From assembly GCA_050084985.1 (NCBI GenBank), contig JBITNC010000001.1, positions 178,498,001 to 178,562,000 of the forward strand: a stretch of DNA of 64,000 bases. Direction: 5' to 3'. The notes beneath the pieces are model-generated. The model worked only from the letters and a program-made list of their open reading frames with translations, ran no database searches and was not told where the DNA came from. A program made the translations under genes and the position numbers. Shown piece after piece: positions 57,400 to 64,000 of this stretch. The first letter of the stretch is position 1. Each line of letters begins with the position of its first letter. The DNA comes from Nageia nagi. Taxonomy: Eukaryota > Plantae > Pinophyta.

Positions 57400-59400
57400 G
57401 TGAATCATGGTGATTCACATGATAAACTAGCTTGCATTGCATTTTTTTGCTCTCTTGAATGGGGTACAAGAAATATTATTTTCTGTAGGGTACATACTTT
57501 CTTTTTGCAACATTCCATAAAGGTGATCAATTTTCTTCTTTGTTAGGATTTAGGTATCATCACTTTATATTCTTTGAATAATTTTGGTTATTTCTTAATC
57601 ACTCATCTTGAAACTGATGAGCATTTATGATTCTATATTCATTTATTTTCCCATCTTAATCTATATTGGAGAGTTATCCTACATATTCCTCATAATCCAT
57701 TATTGATGAGACTTGTAGCTTACATGGGTCCCTCCTTGATTTCACCAGGGGAGAGTTTGGGACCTATTGCTATCTTGTGGATGCTTTGGTAATAAAGTAT
57801 TCCATGTTATTTCATGGTTTTTAGGTGATGGGGATATTAGATTCTTTCTCACCTATTGTCATCATTATATAATTTTTGAACCATACCTCAAAACATGATA
57901 TCCTTTATTTTTGATCCTCTCATGTATAGTACTTTAGATCAAAATTTGAAATCATTTGATTTAGAGTTATTAGTTAATATATTTTACTATGTTGACTTGG
58001 AGTTATCTAACTAAGGTAACTATCCATTAGGTCTATAGATGGAACCTAATAATGATGTAAAGAAGTCCTAATATTTTGTAAGTGATTCACTTTGCTTGTT
58101 AGTGGGACTTTTTAGGCATCCAATAAGTAGATAAAAGAGGATACTTATATTTTTCATAAAAGTTTGATTCCATTCAAAAAATAGAACTAGTTCATTCAAG
58201 AATGAGGATTACATTGTGATAGGATTTGGTTTTATTTAGTACATAATAAAAATCCCTAATTTCCATTTATTCTCAATAATAAATTTGATTTTCTTTCTCA
58301 TTGATCATCTCCTTTGGTACTTCATTAGATAATGAAATCTTTTGTATCATTTCTCAAATGTACTCAATGATTTCTGGAGTAAGGATAGGAACATTTATAC
58401 CATAACAAAAGGGAAAAATCTCTTTTTGTATTGGATTTGTTGATCATTTTGTTGTTTCCTTTTTTTGAATTGGCTATTTCTTGTAGTTTTTTCTTTCCTT
58501 TTTCCTTCTATAGATCTAGAAAGCTTTGTAAGGTGATGTCATCATTCACTTCTATAGGGTTGTTAGGAATTTCTTCTTTTACTTTCTTTTGGCATTTTTT
58601 CCCCTTTTTGGACCTCTTTCTTCCTATCATACTAAAACAAACAACATATACATTTAAGAGGTGTTCTAAAATTTCTAAGTCACATTATAATACTTCAAAC
58701 AAAATAAGAACTTTTATTGATAACATTTTTTTATTACATAGTAAAACATTTTCTTGGAAGTAGTCCATTATGTATTCTATCCCTTTTATAAAATGTAGCT
58801 CTTCCATGTGTATGTTAGCCTGCATGGTGTTCAACCTCTTAGTCACCATCCAAAAGTTCTTTTCATGGTTTAACCTAACCATAGGTGGAGGTGTGATCTA
58901 GATAGGGTTTATTTCCACAAGAAGGAGAATTGTACTCTTAAAATTTATAGTATATTTGAGTTCACATTCTCCATCTAAATTATCATGGAGAACTCTTGTT
59001 TCACTTATAATATCTTCTATAAATATAACTTCTTCTATGAACCTATTCCTTACAACTATGGGCCTTGAATATTGATTTATCTTGGCTAGGTACTCATTCC
59101 TTCCAAAAATATGGTTTCTAATTTGTTCTATAAGAGAAAGGTATCTTTCCCTAGTTCATTTGGATAGTTCTTGAGATCTGATTCATTATAGTTCAGCTAT
59201 TTCCCTTTCTAACCTCAAAGTGTCATTAACTAAGGTATCCCATAATTTATAGAATGAAAGTGTGTCATCAATGTTGGATAGGATATCACACTCTATAGGT
59301 ATCCAATTCTAAGACCATCCCATCTTGTTGTGTCTTAAGATTTCTTACAAGATGAGAAAAAATGAGTTGGACCACTTGTTATCCACTTCTTTACCATAGT
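57400..59400 (-). pseudogene. Degenerate gag-like region of the Gypsy element
   Basis: Sits directly after the PBS, with weak retrotransposon-gag-like (~58000-58200) and zinc-knuckle-like (~57410-57520) remnants. Many stops. Confidence 0.4.
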
Positions 59401-60130
59401 TCCTAACTGACACTTGATTTGATACCAATGTAACAACTACCCAAACTCTAAAATTTAGGATCAATTTTTCTATTTTTGAAATATTCCTTACATATAGTTT
59501 CATATTTTTGGAGCTTATATCCCACATGAACTACATTTTGAAGTTCTTCATACTATACCTAGATACCACCTTCCTCAGGTATCGAAGCCTATCTCACTTG
59601 CGAGTGGTTCCCCATGATGATCATGCTCTAATTTTGTTCAAGTGAGACCTTTATGATCATGAGGATAAAATATTGAATTCTATTAATTCTTTACATCTAA
59701 TTTGATGTCTAGCTTTGTCGAATTCCCAATTTACAATCTTAATTGCTTCTTGGAATGCTTATTTTTGATCCCTAAATTTTAGTAGATAGTTGTTTATATC
59801 CACTTTCCATACTAAAAAATTAGGTCTAAATTTGAAGTAATTGTTTACCAAAAATCCTACCAATTTGTAGTTTATGTTTGATACATATCATGTGGACTCA
59901 TTCCATTAATATTACTTAGTTTAGTAATAAATCCATCAATAAGTACATTGATATCCTTGAATAAGTATTTAAAACCCTAACATATGAGAGAGATAGGTCT
60001 AGCACATATTATCAAGTTCTCACCCTATTAACTTTGCAATAATCCATAAAACCATATATGCATTCAAAAGTATAATAATGGGTTTAAACTTTTTTTAACT
60101 TGCTATACTATATTGATAATTCAATTAGGT

Positions 60131-60134
<4 letters not shown>

Positions 60135-60213
<79 letters not shown>
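60135..60213. repeat. (TA)n microsatellite in the 5' LTR
   Basis: Direct reading. Confidence 0.98.
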
Positions 60214-60216
<3 letters not shown>

Positions 60217-60649
60217 CCAACTATGTATGAGCATAATCCTTTACTTCAATACTCTTTGTTCATCTCAAAAATACTTTCCAATTGCTATACATCTTGTGTT
60301 GAGATTTGGTATACAAGGATCGTAAATCTTATCATGGATGTTAGATTTCTTCCTTGATAATCCCCTTATGACCCCAATGCATTATATGTATCATGCCTTA
60401 ATTCATCCAAGTTTACCATCAAATTTGACATACCACTTAGATTTTCTCTATTTGTGGTCTTTGGAGGTCTTATGTCTTTGTTGAAGCTATCTCTCTTCCT
60501 TGATTATGGAGTGGACCTCATTAAAATTATTTAAGAATTTATAGCATAAAGATTTCAGTTAGATTCCACCATCTCCAAAGGTATATAATTATCAAGTATA
60601 ATTCACCATCTCTTATAAAAGTATTAGTACATGCAAGGGAGAAATTTAG

Positions 60650-60652
<3 letters not shown>

Positions 60653-60687
<35 letters not shown>
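60653..60687. repeat. (AC)n microsatellite in the 5' LTR
   Basis: Direct reading. Confidence 0.97.
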
Positions 60688-60691
<4 letters not shown>

Positions 60692-60989
60692 CAATTACAA
60701 GTCATGCCTTATGAATCTCACATTACAATCCAAGCTCAAATTAAAAAAATATCCATTAAAAATGTCATTTGACCTCTTGAAACAAGGTTTATTTATATCT
60801 TCCATAATTAACATCTAGTAATAGTTTCTTAGGAATTAATAACCTTGATATGTATTAAAAATTGATTAACTTAATTTAATCCTAATAAAATGCTTTGCAG
60901 GATATATTCTAATGGTTTATATTGGAATAGGATACTAAATTGTTTAATTAAAAAGCTTCATTTGAGATAGATATGTTGGAATAGGTTTA

Positions 60990-62175
60990 ATGAATTATTT
61001 TGCAAAATGACTCATTCCTTCATAGATTCATGGATTCATAGTATCAAGAACACTAATTGGGTGTAATGGAATCATAATATTTTTTCCCTTTAAAAATTTT
61101 ATTTTACAATGTATAATATGCTAGAGAGATCCTACAAAGTGTAAATCAAAAGGGGTTTTAGACTATAAGCATAGAATGAAGATATTGAATGGCCTTGCAA
61201 TTCTATGACCTTTACCAATATTATTCTAGCATGTGCTATGATGGAGACTTTAGAAAAGGCAATCAAAGATGAGTTTGACATGGTTTCTATTGTAGAACTA
61301 GACTCTATGAGCTTCACTAGTATTCCTCCAAGATGTACTAAAATGGAGATGCTAAATTAAGGCTTAGCCAACCAAATCTTGCAACCTTTAACAATATTTT
61401 TCTAATGTGTGCTAGGATGAGAACTTTAAAATAATATGTGGATGGATTTCAAAGATTATCTAAAAAGAGGTTTAACTTAAAAGAAAATATAGACTCTATA
61501 ACCTTTTCTAGTATTCTCTCAGCATGTGTTATGATGAGAATTCAATGATCAAAGATCAGCGTAAAGTTAGATTCTATGATCTTTGTTAGGATTACTCCAA
61601 CATGTGCTATGATGGGAACTTTAGAAAAAGGTGTAGACATCAGATTTAAAGGTAAATCCAACCCTACAACCTTTTCTAGTATTCTTTTAGCATGCACTTT
61701 GAGTTGAACTTTAAAATAAGGCATGAATGATAACTATCAAAGAATAGCTAAAAGAGATTTAGACTATATGGCCTTTACCAATATTTCTCCATCATGCACT
61801 AAGAGGGAAACTCTAAAAGAATATATAGATAGCATATATCATAATAAAGCAAAAAATTACAATCCTTTCTAGTATTCTTCTAGCATGCTATGATAGGAAC
61901 TCTAGAAGGAGGTGTGGAGAATGATCAAATATTAGTTGAAACTGATTCAACATTGCTGGAATGCTATCATTGCAAGGGTTCTAATACAAAGTATGAGTCT
62001 TAATATTATGAGGCTAATGCAAAAATAATTTCATAGATTGTAATTGTCTTAAAATATATGTTGGAATGCCCTCAACAAGGATAAACTAAACTCTCTAACT
62101 TGAAACCTTAACAATTTCACCTTTGCATGTGTTCTACTTTCCTATTTTGATCTAGTGGATGAGGAAGGAATCCAA
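60990..62175 (+). pseudogene. Second copy of the PPR-derived concatemer (5' LTR)
   Basis: Same unit order, e.g. MTFTNIILACAMMETLEK at ~61205 and FTFACVLL at ~62115. Confidence 0.85.
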
Positions 62176-64000
62176 GTGACTCTTAAGATACTAAATCAAG
62201 AATTAATCAGAGTATGAGATCTAAGAAGTAGGATTTCCAAGGGAAAGCTACTCTGATGGTTTATTAATATATATTTTTTAAAATATAAGTTCTTCCCATT
62301 TATGGGAATAATCATAAAGTTATAGAAATTTCACAACTCCCTTAGGTGGTGTACTCTATACTAAGTACTAAATCACATGGCCTAAAATTTTAGAACTACT
62401 AAGGCGACTAACACAAGAACCAAAAATCATCCTTTCAGGATTGGCTTATTTTTGAGATAAATAAATACAAGTAGTACCTCATCTTCATTACAAATTGACA
62501 AAGATTCACATGTTTAAGTATCCAAGAAGAGTACTATAAAATTCACATGCATCTAGCCATATGAAAATCAAAAATAAAATAAACTTACTTTAAAATAATT
62601 GAGAAAAAACTTGTACTTGTAGAGTCACATGCTATCCTCTTCTTATTTAACTATTAAAATCAAGATTTAATACCATTTCTAGTATAATTTTAAAAAATAA
62701 TATATCCTATAATGATTTATATCAAATACTAGACATAAGATTCTAATTAACATCTAAATGCTAAAACTCAAGAGGAGGCACCTAGATAATTGAGGAGATG
62801 CTCCTTTCTCCATAGGAATCTAGACCAAGGCTCTTGGAAATAGAGAATCAAGAGAAGATAGATGGAATTCCCATAAGGTTTGTCAAAATATATAATCAAA
62901 ATGTGATATAATCCTTCTAAGGCAAGCACTATTTTTCCATCCCATCAACCTCATATGTAGGGTGGAGATTTTTATTTTTTTATGAGGGGTTTTTGGGCCT
63001 TCTACCTTACAAAATTGCTTGCACAACATTCACAAAGGAATAAAAGCTTTGTATCCAATCATTTTCACCTACCACAACATAAAAATTTGTGTGGATAACT
63101 CAATTATTTTTGCAGGGTGCCAAAATAACCTTGCAAATACCAATAGAAGACAAATGATCCTTATTACCCCTAATTTTTATTTTTAATAACTTTCATTAAT
63201 ATTCCTTGGTTAGAATTTGAATTCAAATAAATTGGAATATTCCTTTTAGATAGTCAATAAATTTTGAAAATGCACATCAACTTTTTAACACTCATTTTTA
63301 CCTAGGATGATCCCCTCATTATGCAAAATAAATTTATTGGTGTACATACACACCCACACACAAAAGCATTATTGAAGACATATTTTCAATGTGCATCTAT
63401 ATGATCTATAAAAGATCCTTATGAGTCTATCAACAATTCAATACAAATCATTTCCTCACTCTTACCACTCGATTCTCGTAACCACTCATCTTAGTTCTTT
63501 GGGATCTCCATCTTGATTCTTTTGCTAAATTGACCCATTACCTAAGTCACACAAAATATCAAAGCCAACATAAATTTATCAGGGATATGGTATATATCAA
63601 AGTATTATTAGTCATCTCATGATATTATTTACATTCAAATTCTTTAACAACATTCAAATCATAATAAATTCAAATTTGAGGGTGCAACAGGGTCGTTACA
63701 TAACTTATCTACTCAAATAACTCTAAAAGTAAAGTTAACATATTAACTAATGGATTTATTAAGAGGGAAACTAGATTACATTCAAGTATATGGATATAAA
63801 CCAATTATAAGAGAAATATATTAATTGTAACCTTCAATATTACTTTGCTTTTATACTACAATTAAATTTATATTTAAAGCAGATCATGTAAAATATATAA
63901 GCATTATAACCCTTAATTGGTTATTTAATTTACTTTATTATAACAAATTCCACTTACTACATGCCCTTGAACTTTCCCACAAATGACCATGTTCTACCAA

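Larger units (their letters stand above)
50628..63700 (-). mobile_element. Ty3/Gypsy (Tekay/Del-like) LTR retrotransposon, ~13 kb, apparently non-autonomous
   Basis: Two ~4.3-kb direct repeats with minus-strand starts TGTAACGACCC and TGTAACAACCC. PBS TGGTATCAAATC (59416-59427) adjoins the 5' LTR and purine-rich AGGGAGTGAGTA (55017-55028) adjoins the 3' LTR. Flanks are AAACT (50623-50627) and TAACT (63701-63705), a 4/5 TSD match. Confidence 0.9.
59429..63700 (-). repeat. 5' LTR of the Gypsy element
   Basis: Colinear with 50628-55016; bounded by TGTAAC...GTTACA. Confidence 0.92.

Noticed and set aside
50628-63700. Interpretation as a simple tandem/segmental duplication of a PPR locus
   Set aside because: The repeats end exactly at TGT..ACA termini with an adjacent PBS, PPT and near-identical 5-bp flanks, which indicates LTRs.

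Overview
AT-rich, repeat-dominated eukaryotic DNA with no intact protein-coding gene. It is most likely a gymnosperm/conifer genome (inferred from the PLS-PPR motif style, LINE families and CG/CHG depletion). Contents: (i) several decayed L1-type LINEs (1-5710 -, 15482-18930 -, 20250-22740 +, 22746-23450 -, 24480-28068 +, 42298-43750 -), at least three of which carry a homologous extra ORF downstream of ORF2; (ii) a ~13-kb Tekay/Del-like Ty3/Gypsy element (50628-63700, -) whose ~4.3-kb LTRs each carry an antisense concatemer of about 8 PPR L-motif fragments; (iii) a non-autonomous LTR element with ~970-bp LTRs and a ~450-bp internal region (32548-35464); (iv) a PLS-E class PPR pseudogene (44880-45830, -); (v) a CG/CHG-retaining island (9790-11850) with several canonical + strand GT-AG introns but no long ORF; (vi) a tRNA-derived SINE, a foldback MITE, a Copia RNase H remnant and many microsatellites. 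All translations and alignments were done by eye, and element boundaries are approximate unless termini are quoted.
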